A DNA stretch of 32,000 nucleotides from Staphylothermus hellenicus DSM 12710 (GTDB lineage Archaea > Thermoproteota > Thermoprotei_A > Sulfolobales > Desulfurococcaceae), in assembly GCF_000092465.1 (NCBI RefSeq), contig NC_014205.1, positions 1,380,001 through 1,412,000 of the forward strand, in the 5' to 3' direction. How positions within the stretch are numbered: position 1 is the stretch's first letter; every line of letters starts with the position of its first letter. Shown here piece after piece: positions 1 through 7,972 of this stretch. The position numbers and the translations under genes were made by a program. A model generated the notes under the pieces. It was given only the letters and a program-made list of their open reading frames with translations. It made no database searches and was not told where the DNA came from.

Positions 1-628
1 CGTTCGCAAGTCTTCTACGCAGTTCATTCAATAATCTCCTGTTAACTTTAGGACTATAACCATAAAATTTTGATAGAAAACCTAATAGGTCATTGTTATC
101 GATTCTTCCGAGAAAATTAGAAGTGAGTATGCGGGACCATAAAATACTTGGTATTTCATCTAGGTATTTATATATGTCTTTTAGCTCTAAACTCCTCATA
201 GCCTCATTATCGAGTTGTTTACTATAGATTTTTTTATTTATTACAAGCTTACCGTCTCGTCCGCGATAGAGGAGCTTGTTTTTTCTCAACCAGATATAAT
301 CTAGAATATCCGATGAAGAAGTATTATACCTAAATATCTCAGAGACTGTTATCTTGTTTTTACCATGGATCCTTCTTAGTATGTTCATTTTACTATCATA
401 TGTTATTGTTGTTTCATCCTCTACACGCTTATAGTTTTTCTCGGGAAGAAAAGATCTATAGAATTCCTCGAAAATAATTGATTTATCCGGCCTATTTTTT
501 ACTAGTTCAGATAGTGTCACATAGATTTTTATGAATAACTCGGCTCTATCTATAGATAAAGGTTCGCCTTGTCTAATATTCTCATATTTATTTATGCCTT
601 CGAAAACAATATTCTTAATATATTCCAT
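1..628 (-). CDS. hypothetical protein, C-terminus cut by the window edge; gene immediately downstream of the MoxR-like ATPase (a VWA/CoxE-type partner is suspected but cannot be shown here)
   Basis: Absent from the ORF track because no stop lies in the window. My translation from ATG at 628-626 (MEYIKNIVFEGINKYENIRQGEPLSIDRAELFIKIYVTLSELVKNRPDK...LNELRRRLAN) stays open for ~209 codons to position 2. It starts 28 nt after the stop of the ATPase gene on the same strand. Confidence 0.5.
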   Translation of the reverse strand, partial: MEYIKNIVFEGINKYENIRQGEPLSIDRAELFIKIYVTLSELVKNRPDKSIIFEEFYRSFLPEKNYKRVEDETTITYDSKMNILRRIHGKNKITVSEIFRYNTSSSDILDYIWLRKNKLLYRGRDGKLVINKKIYSKQLDNEAMRSLELKDIYKYLDEIPSILWSRILTSNFLGRIDNNDLLGFLSKFYGYSPKVNRRLLNELRRRLAN

Positions 629-656
629 GATTTTTTTATTGTCTAAACTGTTTTCA

Positions 657-1574
657 TTAGAGAACTCCATTTAGTAACTCCTCATCTTCAGGGTTTTTAT
701 ATAGTACAGCGTATCCAGCTTCTTTTAAGTCTTCCATTGATGCTTTTTTCTTCTTCTTAGATTCAGCAAGGAGCGCTGTAAGTGTTAGCCATGAAACTAG
801 ATCGGCTGTACCTGGTTTGTAAATAGCTTTTTCTCGGAGAACCCTAACGATTTTCAATGCATTCATTACTAAATCATCACTTATTTTATTCATTAAATCA
901 CCGAGTCTAAGCTTGACAATCTCGATTTCTTCCTCTATAGCTGGGTATTTGAATTCTATTCTAACAACTCTTCGTAGAAATGCATCGCTAAGATCACTTT
1001 GTGCTATGTCCAGCGGATTACTAGTGAATATTATTTGGAATCCATGGCCTCTTTGAACATATACTTTCTTAAGCTCTGGAATAACTATTCTTCTCTTATC
1101 TATTATGTCAAGTAATAGGTTTTGAAAATCTTCATTGCTCCTCCTAATTTCATCGATTAGAACTCCTGTATCTAATAATAGAGCGGCTAAAAGTGGGCGG
1201 GGAATAAAACTTTCTTCATTAAATCCCTTAGCCATAGCCATTGCTGGATGGAAATCTCCTATAACTCGGTATTCATCATAGTTTTCACTACATGGAAGTA
1301 TAAATGCTGACTTCCCGCTCCATAAAGTTAAGATTGCTTCACCTATTTCTGTCTTACCTGTTCCAGGGGGGCCTTCATATAAGACTGGTCTATTATTCAT
1401 AAATGCTGCAACAGTTAAGTAAACTATATATGGTTTAACAACTAGCTTATATTCTTCACGTAATACCTTCAACATTAAATCAGGGTTTCGAATAGGGGTT
1501 CTTTTCCTTATCACCGAGCCATATATTTCATGAACCTTTCTAACAATGGGATCTTCTATATTTTTCTCTAACAT
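657..1574 (-). CDS. MoxR/AAA_5-type AAA+ ATPase
   Basis: Walker A YEGPPGTGKTEIGEAI, Walker B GVLIDEIRRS, sensor-like FTSNP and AFLRRV. The ~305-aa size is typical of MoxR-like ATPases. A TTTATAA TATA-like box lies on the minus strand at ~1610-1616, upstream of the ATG. Confidence 0.85.
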   Translation of the reverse strand: MLEKNIEDPIVRKVHEIYGSVIRKRTPIRNPDLMLKVLREEYKLVVKPYIVYLTVAAFMNNRPVLYEGPPGTGKTEIGEAILTLWSGKSAFILPCSENYDEYRVIGDFHPAMAMAKGFNEESFIPRPLLAALLLDTGVLIDEIRRSNEDFQNLLLDIIDKRRIVIPELKKVYVQRGHGFQIIFTSNPLDIAQSDLSDAFLRRVVRIEFKYPAIEEEIEIVKLRLGDLMNKISDDLVMNALKIVRVLREKAIYKPGTADLVSWLTLTALLAESKKKKKASMEDLKEAGYAVLYKNPEDEELLNGVL

Positions 1575-1639
1575 ATCTATCCCAGAGCCATAGTATTTGT
1601 TAAGGAGTGTTATAAATATTGATTAACGGTGGTTGTTAA

Positions 1640-1993
1640 TTGGTAACAATATATAGATGTTTCTATATTGAAGGCAATGATCTAGTATGGTTCGATCTAG
1701 TTTGCGGAGACAATATGGTGAAAATATGTATAGTTTCCAGAGAAAACATATCTAGGAGTAGGAAAATCAGTAAACACTACGACGTATTTTTAAGAAAGAT
1801 AATTATCCATAGGCAAAAATATATTAAATGCCACTCATTAGAAAGGGAGAAAATATATATTAAGATAGCTGGTCGAAAAAGATTCGATGACCACTTATAT
1901 TCTGTTCTAGAAATACAGCCGCTTAAGAAAATAATATATGTTCCACAAAGTAAGGTTAATCTATTGAGGAAATGTATGAGTAATAAAGACTAA
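1640..1993 (+). CDS. hypothetical small basic protein (uncertain gene)
   Basis: 117-codon ORF with a TTG start preceded by GGTGG 7 nt upstream. It fills the otherwise empty ~415-bp gap between the MoxR start and the L2 stop. No recognisable motif; lysine/isoleucine-rich composition could simply reflect AT-rich DNA. Confidence 0.3.
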   Translation: MVTIYRCFYIEGNDLVWFDLVCGDNMVKICIVSRENISRSRKISKHYDVFLRKIIIHRQKYIKCHSLEREKIYIKIAGRKRFDDHLYSVLEIQPLKKIIYVPQSKVNLLRKCMSNKD

Positions 1994-2709
1994 CCTTTGC
2001 GTCTACCAGTCCTTCTAGCAGCAATATGGCCAACTTTTCTACCAGGAGATGTCTCCCTAGCAACTGTTGACGGCTTACCCACGTGTTGATGACTGCCTCC
2101 ACCATGTGGATGGCTTACAGCATTCATGGCTACTCCTCTAACCTTAGGCCATTTCTTCGCTTTAACCTTCCATTTATGATAAGCATTCCCGGCTTTTAAT
2201 AATGGTTTCTCAGGTCTGCCTCCTCCAGCAATTACCCCTATTGTTGCCCTTGCATTGTTTGGAACTTCTATTATCTTGCCGCTGGGTAGTTGAACTTGTG
2301 TCTTTGCCCCCGCTCTCCCAACTATTAATGCATATGTTCCTGATGATCTAACGAATTTGCCTCCATCACCAGGTCTTTTCTCAATGTTGGCAATTTGTGT
2401 TCCTTCAGGTATTTTCCCGATCGGTAAAATATTCCCATTGGATATATGCGCGTCTGGTCCTATTTCTATTATTTGCCCAACATACATTCCCTCGACAGCC
2501 GGTGTTAAGAATGTTGTTCCATCCTCTAGTGCTATTTTGGCTAGTGGAGCCCATCTTCCAGGATCATGTACTAGATCAATTATTTTTCCCTTCATGGTTT
2601 TATCTAGTTTTAGAGGTGGATATTTTGCTGGCCCAACTCTTCTATGGCTTGGGCTTCTAAATGTTGGTGTGCCCCTACCCATTCTTTGTGGAAGTATTCT
2701 TTTACCCAT
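1990..2709 (-). CDS. rpl2: 50S ribosomal protein L2
   Basis: Unmistakable L2 sequence: GRGTPTFRSPSHRR, AMNAVSHPHGGG, GKPSTVARETSPGRKVGHIAARRTGR. Confidence 0.97.
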   Translation of the reverse strand: MGKRILPQRMGRGTPTFRSPSHRRVGPAKYPPLKLDKTMKGKIIDLVHDPGRWAPLAKIALEDGTTFLTPAVEGMYVGQIIEIGPDAHISNGNILPIGKIPEGTQIANIEKRPGDGGKFVRSSGTYALIVGRAGAKTQVQLPSGKIIEVPNNARATIGVIAGGGRPEKPLLKAGNAYHKWKVKAKKWPKVRGVAMNAVSHPHGGGSHQHVGKPSTVARETSPGRKVGHIAARRTGRRKG

Positions 2710-2737
2710 ACGCTACACCCTTTCTTCTATGTTAATA

Positions 2738-3013
2738 CTAGATTAATCCTAGCTGTGAAGCAATTTCGCTTGCACGATGTTCTGGAGCTAGCTTTACATA
2801 TGCTTTCTTTTCTCCTCTACTTGTTATGAGGGTTCTGACTTTTAATACCTTCACTCCAAATACTAGTTCAACAGCGTTTTTAATATCCTTCTTAGACGCT
2901 TTTCTATCGACAATAAATGTTAATGTGTTTTCTTTATCGATAAGATTCAATGCTTTCTCAGAATGTACTGGTCTAATAATGATTTTATATAGTCTTGCTT
3001 CATCCATGCTCAT
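2738..3013 (-). CDS. rpl23: 50S ribosomal protein L23
   Basis: [39 protein letters not shown] is the typical L23/L25e fold sequence. Its ATGA overlaps the L4 stop, and it sits between L4 and L2. Confidence 0.93.
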   Translation of the reverse strand: MSMDEARLYKIIIRPVHSEKALNLIDKENTLTFIVDRKASKKDIKNAVELVFGVKVLKVRTLITSRGEKKAYVKLAPEHRASEIASQLGLI

Positions 3014-3825
3014 AATGTGCGCACCTCATATTTACTACTAATATCTTCGAGGGCAGAACGGGTAAAGACTGTTAATCTACCAGGAACCCCTCCCGGCGCT
3101 AGATGCAGTATGCCTAAATTATTAGGTGTGGCAACATCTACTCCTGGAAAGTTTCTGACGGCTTTAGCAAATGGTTTATTATAGCTTGTTACAACGAATA
3201 ATATGCTTCTTGGCTCAACATATCTTCTACCACGCATCTTACCCCTGCCTGCACGAATTCTTATTCTCTCATAGCTTCTAACAATATCGCTCCATAAGCC
3301 AAGCTTTACTAGAAGCTCTTTAGCTTCTCTAGCCTTACTAATCTTCTCCTCAACATCATCTAGAAGCACAACTGGCAGTTTATCTTGTTGAAATATGTGT
3401 CCACGCTCTCTAACAAGCTCTACTTTAGCAGTAGCTGCAATCGCTGATGCTACAGCATATGCTTTTTCACGTTTATTTATTCTCTCATGTATTCTTTCAT
3501 CTGGCCTAGGCGGGAATGCTGCATGTCCGCCTCTGGCAAAAGATATGAAGGCTGCTCTACTATTGGGCAGCCTTGGCACTCTGGCTAATCCCCTACCAAC
3601 ACCCCAACTTCTAGCAGTTGTTCTCTTACCAGCTAATGGGTCTCTGCCTTTTGGCTGAAGCATTGATGTAAATGCTGCGAGAAAAGCTCTTCGGATCAAG
3701 TCTTTTCTAACAGGTAAACTAAATATTGTTGGTAAAATAATCTCTTCTACCTTTTCACCAGCAGAGCTAAATACGTGTGTTTCTAGTTTTTCAAGCTTGA
3801 ATGGGATAAGTATGCTCCAAGGCAT
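3010..3825 (-). CDS. rpl4: 50S ribosomal protein L4
   Basis: [28 protein letters not shown] and [12 protein letters not shown] motifs. Position in the L3-L4-L23-L2 order. AGGTGA Shine-Dalgarno (SD) motif upstream of the ATG. Confidence 0.93.
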   Translation of the reverse strand: MPWSILIPFKLEKLETHVFSSAGEKVEEIILPTIFSLPVRKDLIRRAFLAAFTSMLQPKGRDPLAGKRTTARSWGVGRGLARVPRLPNSRAAFISFARGGHAAFPPRPDERIHERINKREKAYAVASAIAATAKVELVRERGHIFQQDKLPVVLLDDVEEKISKAREAKELLVKLGLWSDIVRSYERIRIRAGRGKMRGRRYVEPRSILFVVTSYNKPFAKAVRNFPGVDVATPNNLGILHLAPGGVPGRLTVFTRSALEDISSKYEVRTL

Positions 3826-3841
3826 TATTCTTCACCTATTC

Positions 3842-5029
3842 TTAGACTCCTTGTTTGCTTTCATGACTATAATAGATTAATTGTGGAGCTTCTAGAGGAT
3901 ACCATAAGGGGGGTCTAATAGGATGTCTTAGCACTAATAATCTCTTTCTAGGCCCAATAGTGCTTCCATAAACCATTATGTATGGTCCATAAACTATGCC
4001 GTATCCTAGGAAGCCTCCTTTAGGCGTTATTTCCCATCCATTAACACCTATTTTTATAATCCTCTTATTATACTCTGTTCTCCTATGAAAACCTGTTTGT
4101 CCTGGTTGAGGTGTTTCGCTCATAGTTCCGAAGCCAGGGCTTCTTGAACCAATTTTTCTACTACCCTTCCTATGTTTATGCCAGCGTGGAAGCTCTTTGA
4201 CCCCGAATCTCTTTATTACTCCCTGGAACCCCTTGCCTTTCGTAACACCTATTATATCTATGAATTGACCCTCTCTGAATACCTGGTCTACAGTTATATA
4301 GTTGCCTAGGAGTTTTTCAGCATAGGCTATCCTATCGTTTAGTGTTCCACCACCCACTTTTATCTCGATTATCTCGGGTTTCTTCTTACCTATACCGGAT
4401 AATACTGGTATTGTTGATGCAATTACTCTAATATCTGCTAGATCAGCTGCTTTTAGTCGTTGTAGTTTTTCTTCCCAGTTATTCTCTAAGAATTTAAATC
4501 CATACTCATTATTTGGATCAGGCTTTACTAGTCCTGGATTCACCTTTCTTAATCCTTTCAGGTATTTTCTCACAACATCTTTTATTCCAAGATTAACGAA
4601 GGGGTTATCACTGTAGATTTTCTCATATACTTCTTTTAATGCCTCTACAGGGCTTCTCCATACTTCACCGAATGATAAAAGGCCGTGCATTGGATGGATC
4701 TTGTATCCCCGTATCCCAAGGATCAGTATTGGGGGAGCATCAAGTATTGTCACAGGAACAGCTATTTCTTTACCGGAAGTAAATGTGTGGGGTCTATCAT
4801 CAATTATTATTGCATGGCTCATTCCAGCCTTATAAGCAGCGTATCCTAGAAGTACTGGTTTAGGACTGATCCCCTTATCTGTTGCTTCATCTCCTAGTTT
4901 CTCAACTAGTAAATCAAACCATGACTGCGTAGGCCAACTTCTTATTCTAGGCACTATTTTAGCGGCTCGTTTCCTAGGTCTAACCCCTAAACTGCCATGT
5001 CGCGGCGCGCTATGTTTTCTATGCCCCAT
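3842..5029 (-). CDS. rpl3: 50S ribosomal protein L3
   Basis: [23 protein letters not shown]-terminus, [36 protein letters not shown]-terminus. I prefer ATG at 5029 (AGGTGA SD 5 nt upstream) to the track's GTG at 5038. Confidence 0.95.
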   Translation of the reverse strand: MGHRKHSAPRHGSLGVRPRKRAAKIVPRIRSWPTQSWFDLLVEKLGDEATDKGISPKPVLLGYAAYKAGMSHAIIIDDRPHTFTSGKEIAVPVTILDAPPILILGIRGYKIHPMHGLLSFGEVWRSPVEALKEVYEKIYSDNPFVNLGIKDVVRKYLKGLRKVNPGLVKPDPNNEYGFKFLENNWEEKLQRLKAADLADIRVIASTIPVLSGIGKKKPEIIEIKVGGGTLNDRIAYAEKLLGNYITVDQVFREGQFIDIIGVTKGKGFQGVIKRFGVKELPRWHKHRKGSRKIGSRSPGFGTMSETPQPGQTGFHRRTEYNKRIIKIGVNGWEITPKGGFLGYGIVYGPYIMVYGSTIGPRKRLLVLRHPIRPPLWYPLEAPQLIYYSHESKQGV

Positions 5030-5073
5030 TATCTTCACCTGCTAATCTCTGCATACATACATTACATAGGGTA

Positions 5074-5913
5074 TTATAAGTTCTCTCCATAAATAAACAT
5101 GTTAATTACTGCTAGTGTTGATATTAATGCTTCCTCGCTCCTTATAGTTTTAACCATTTGTTCAGGTATTGTATTCCATACCTTATCAACTTTATTCTCT
5201 AGAGCAAAACCTTCCTTCTCAGCTATTTCATATAATCCTCTATGGGGGCCGCCGAATAATATTATTGTCGTCTTTCCTTTAACACCTGCTAATTCCTTAT
5301 AATTCGGAATCCTCCCATACCTGCTAGTAGCAATTATGAGGTCCACTATCCTCCCATATTCCTCTAAAACTTCTCGTAAACTATCCGCAAACGCGAGAAC
5401 AGGGCCCCTATATGGTTCCTCATCTAGACATATTGCTCTTCTAGTATTCATATCAACTATTTCAACATACCCTATATCGCCTGGCTCACAGTTTCCAGCT
5501 TCTATCCTATAAGGTTTTAAAAGCCCTATATCTGCCAACAACTTATTTTTCTCCTTATAGATAAAGCCTAGTCTCTTCTCTCCAACATAACCATTACGGC
5601 TTACATCGAAAATATTTAGTCTCAGCGGCGGCAATAATCCTACAAATTTTAGATCCGGATCTTTAGGTATAAGTTTTCTTCGTAGATAAGGAGGAGTTAA
5701 TAGGTATCGCCATATTTTCTCTATTAGAGCAGAGTATTTATTGTGCTGAGAAAAATCTGTGAATGGGTCGCGGAAGAATACTATTTCTAATACGCCAAAA
5801 ATAGAGGAATACCTGATAACCTGGTATATTTTCATTGTTTTTAAGAGAAGACTTGACTCAGTACTTAAAATACTAGTTGGTAATGCAACGAGGATTTTTC
5901 TAGAAATCTTCAT
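5074..5913 (-). CDS. SPOUT-superfamily RNA methyltransferase-like protein (DUF171/COG2106 type)
   Basis: C-terminal trefoil-knot-like segment TIILFGGPHRGLYEIA...VWNTIPEQMVKTIRSEEALISTLAVINM. From memory, this family is commonly encoded just upstream of rpl3 in archaea. Confidence 0.7.
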   Translation of the reverse strand: MKISRKILVALPTSILSTESSLLLKTMKIYQVIRYSSIFGVLEIVFFRDPFTDFSQHNKYSALIEKIWRYLLTPPYLRRKLIPKDPDLKFVGLLPPLRLNIFDVSRNGYVGEKRLGFIYKEKNKLLADIGLLKPYRIEAGNCEPGDIGYVEIVDMNTRRAICLDEEPYRGPVLAFADSLREVLEEYGRIVDLIIATSRYGRIPNYKELAGVKGKTTIILFGGPHRGLYEIAEKEGFALENKVDKVWNTIPEQMVKTIRSEEALISTLAVINMFIYGENL

Positions 5914-6020
5914 CTACGCTTCTTACCTTTAGCTCTTGTTTTCTCCCTAGCTTCTCGAGCCATTCTCTCCGTCACTTTCTCCTTCGTCAGAAATAAACTT
6001 GTTTTTTGTCTCCCACCCAT
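5910..6020 (-). CDS. candidate 36-aa highly basic small protein (not in ORF track)
   Basis: My translation: MGGRQKTSLFLTKEKVTERMAREAREKTRAKGKKRR. AAGGAGTGAGG SD-like motif lies ~8 nt upstream. Its TGA stop overlaps the ATG of the SPOUT gene (ATGA), suggesting translational coupling at the head of the r-protein operon. Confidence 0.35.
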   Translation of the reverse strand: MGGRQKTSLFLTKEKVTERMAREAREKTRAKGKKRR

Positions 6021-6156
6021 ATTTATCGCCTCACTCCTTATTCGGTTCTCATAGAGTATTGGATTCTTCCAGTATTATTAGATTTTCGGGGATAAAACCG
6101 GCCTAGTATTTTTGGCCATGCTCAGATACGACCGCATATTTCATCCCTAGTATCGA

Positions 6157-7827
6157 TTAAGCCCGCCTTTCATCATCGCTTATAATATGTTTATGTTTTT
6201 CTCTCATAAAAGTTGGTGTTCTAACATGTAGAATGATTGGATGAGGATCTAGAGCGTTTAGAAGGAGTGCTTCGCCCACACCTAGATATGCAAGCTTTTT
6301 CACAATTTCTCGAGGCAACCCTAGGAATCTCTCAGCATCTCTCCAATAATCCTCGTTTCTCGAACCAAACATTATGAGTAGATGTGTATTCTCTATTATT
6401 TCTCTTGGTATATCTCTAGGATTCTGAGTTGCTAGAACAACTCCTAAATGCTTGCTACGGCCTTCTTTAACAAGTTCTTCTAAACCATTTAAACGACTAA
6501 TTCTCCAAGCTTCATCTATAATTAAAAGCTTAGGTTTATCGATCATCTCAGTTGAGAAAACTAGTTTTTTATATATATGCATGAGAAGCCCGCCATAAGC
6601 ATTTTGGAAAGCTGTTCCATACTTTCCCAGATCAAAAACTACATGATTACTCAAATACTTCATAAGCACATCATACTTAGGCTTACTTGTAATAAGTTCT
6701 ATTAGGGGAGATAATAGCGATAAATCCCTGTCCAATAATACATCCTTTTCATTTATTACTTGGTTATTGCTTGTAATCTTATTCATTATTTTAATAAAAT
6801 TCTCTTTACTAATACCTATAACATTAGATAATACATCACTAACTGCTAAATACCAATCAATAATCTGGAAAAAGCTTGGTCTAACAAGAATATTGATCGG
6901 GTAATCGTTGGGAGTTAAATGTACTATGCCTTCACTGTAAACCATATTTGCTAAGTCCCCTTTAAAATCAATAGCGAAGACAAGAATACTTGACAAACTA
7001 GTTATACCCTCAATCATTGATGCTAGAAGAGTTGTTTTACCACGCCCTGTCGGGCCTAGTATTAGAACGTGTTTATCAAATAGTTTATAAGGTATTATTA
7101 CCGGCCATCCTGTCTCAGTATCTATTCCTATAGGTAAACCATCCTCTTTCTCCATTATAGGTTTTTTATTTTTAGGCAGAGGCATCATTGTCGATAATCG
7201 TTCATTATCTACTATTATTGATTTAATATTGGTTTCAATAGATAATCCTAATTCGTTTTTCAGAATATCCAATAATTCTCTTCGACTAGCCATTTTCATC
7301 TTGATACCGAAATAGTTTTGCATAATTCCCATAGTTTTGCTAGAATAAATATCCGCTAAATGTTTGGCATTATCTATACTATTTGAGACAACACGTATTT
7401 TAATGACTAAGTTAACACGAGTAATTGGTTTACTTTTAATAATATTTTCGTAAAGAGCTTCTAAGATTTTCAGTTTAACTTCTGCTCGTCTCTTAATATG
7501 CGGTTCTTCAACAGTATCCAATGTTGCACGCAAGTTCATCATTTCATTACTGATCTTTCGGAGAAGCTTTTCAATGCTCATTCTCCTTTTAATTATCTCG
7601 GCTTCTGAATAGGGAGGTAATGCATCTAACAATTCAGAAAACATGTTAGCCATTATCGATATTTTACTAGGATCTAATTCTTTAACACCATAATCAACTT
7701 CCTCAGCTATAAGATACCTGGTGAGATTTATTTTTCCCCGCAGAAACACTATTAGATCCGGAGGATCTATTTTATATTCTACTTTCCCACCTATTATTTT
7801 TTCAAATATTCTTACTATTTTTTTCAT
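6157..7827 (-). CDS. VirB4/TrbE/CedB-like P-loop ATPase (HerA-FtsK superfamily)
   Basis: Walker A VLILGPTGRGKTTLL, FAIDFKGDL, Walker B KLLIIDEAWRI, GVVLATQNPRDIP. This is the DEAW...TQ..D pattern characteristic of VirB4-type ATPases. Last gene of a membrane-protein operon. Confidence 0.8.
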   Translation of the reverse strand: MKKIVRIFEKIIGGKVEYKIDPPDLIVFLRGKINLTRYLIAEEVDYGVKELDPSKISIMANMFSELLDALPPYSEAEIIKRRMSIEKLLRKISNEMMNLRATLDTVEEPHIKRRAEVKLKILEALYENIIKSKPITRVNLVIKIRVVSNSIDNAKHLADIYSSKTMGIMQNYFGIKMKMASRRELLDILKNELGLSIETNIKSIIVDNERLSTMMPLPKNKKPIMEKEDGLPIGIDTETGWPVIIPYKLFDKHVLILGPTGRGKTTLLASMIEGITSLSSILVFAIDFKGDLANMVYSEGIVHLTPNDYPINILVRPSFFQIIDWYLAVSDVLSNVIGISKENFIKIMNKITSNNQVINEKDVLLDRDLSLLSPLIELITSKPKYDVLMKYLSNHVVFDLGKYGTAFQNAYGGLLMHIYKKLVFSTEMIDKPKLLIIDEAWRISRLNGLEELVKEGRSKHLGVVLATQNPRDIPREIIENTHLLIMFGSRNEDYWRDAERFLGLPREIVKKLAYLGVGEALLLNALDPHPIILHVRTPTFMREKHKHIISDDERRA

Positions 7828-7972
7828 TATACCACCATAGAATAGTTCTTAGAACAATAATGGATACTGTCAACAACACTATGAGCCCAATAATGCGTAA
7901 ACCAAATAACATCACAACAAATATTGGAAACAAAAACATCATTACCCAAATTATTTTCTCAGCTATACTCAT
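7802..7972 (-). CDS. candidate 56-aa two-TM membrane protein (not in ORF track; positionally VirB3/CedA2-like)
   Basis: My translation: MSIAEKIIWVMMFLFPIFVVMLFGLRIIGLIVLLTVSIIVLRTILWWYNEKNSKNI. Its ATG overlaps the TGA of the upstream 458-aa gene (ATGA). GGTGA SD lies 7 nt upstream. Its 3' end overlaps the ATPase start by 26 nt. Confidence 0.5.
   Translation of the reverse strand: MSIAEKIIWVMMFLFPIFVVMLFGLRIIGLIVLLTVSIIVLRTILWWYNEKNSKNI

Noticed and set aside
2357-3658. Plus-strand ORFs 2357-2746, 2397-2660, 2644-2829, 2826-3041 and 3395-3658, overlapping rpl2/rpl23/rpl4
   Set aside because: They lie entirely antisense to unmistakable ribosomal-protein genes. Their composition is low-complexity Ser/Leu/Pro-rich, typical of shadow frames. 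None has an SD motif.
6122-6147. Minus-strand GGGAUGA ... CUGA pair (C/D-like) downstream of the VirB4-like gene
   Set aside because: Only one box pair is present, with an imperfect C box and a 15-nt spacer. There is no second half and no flanking stem.
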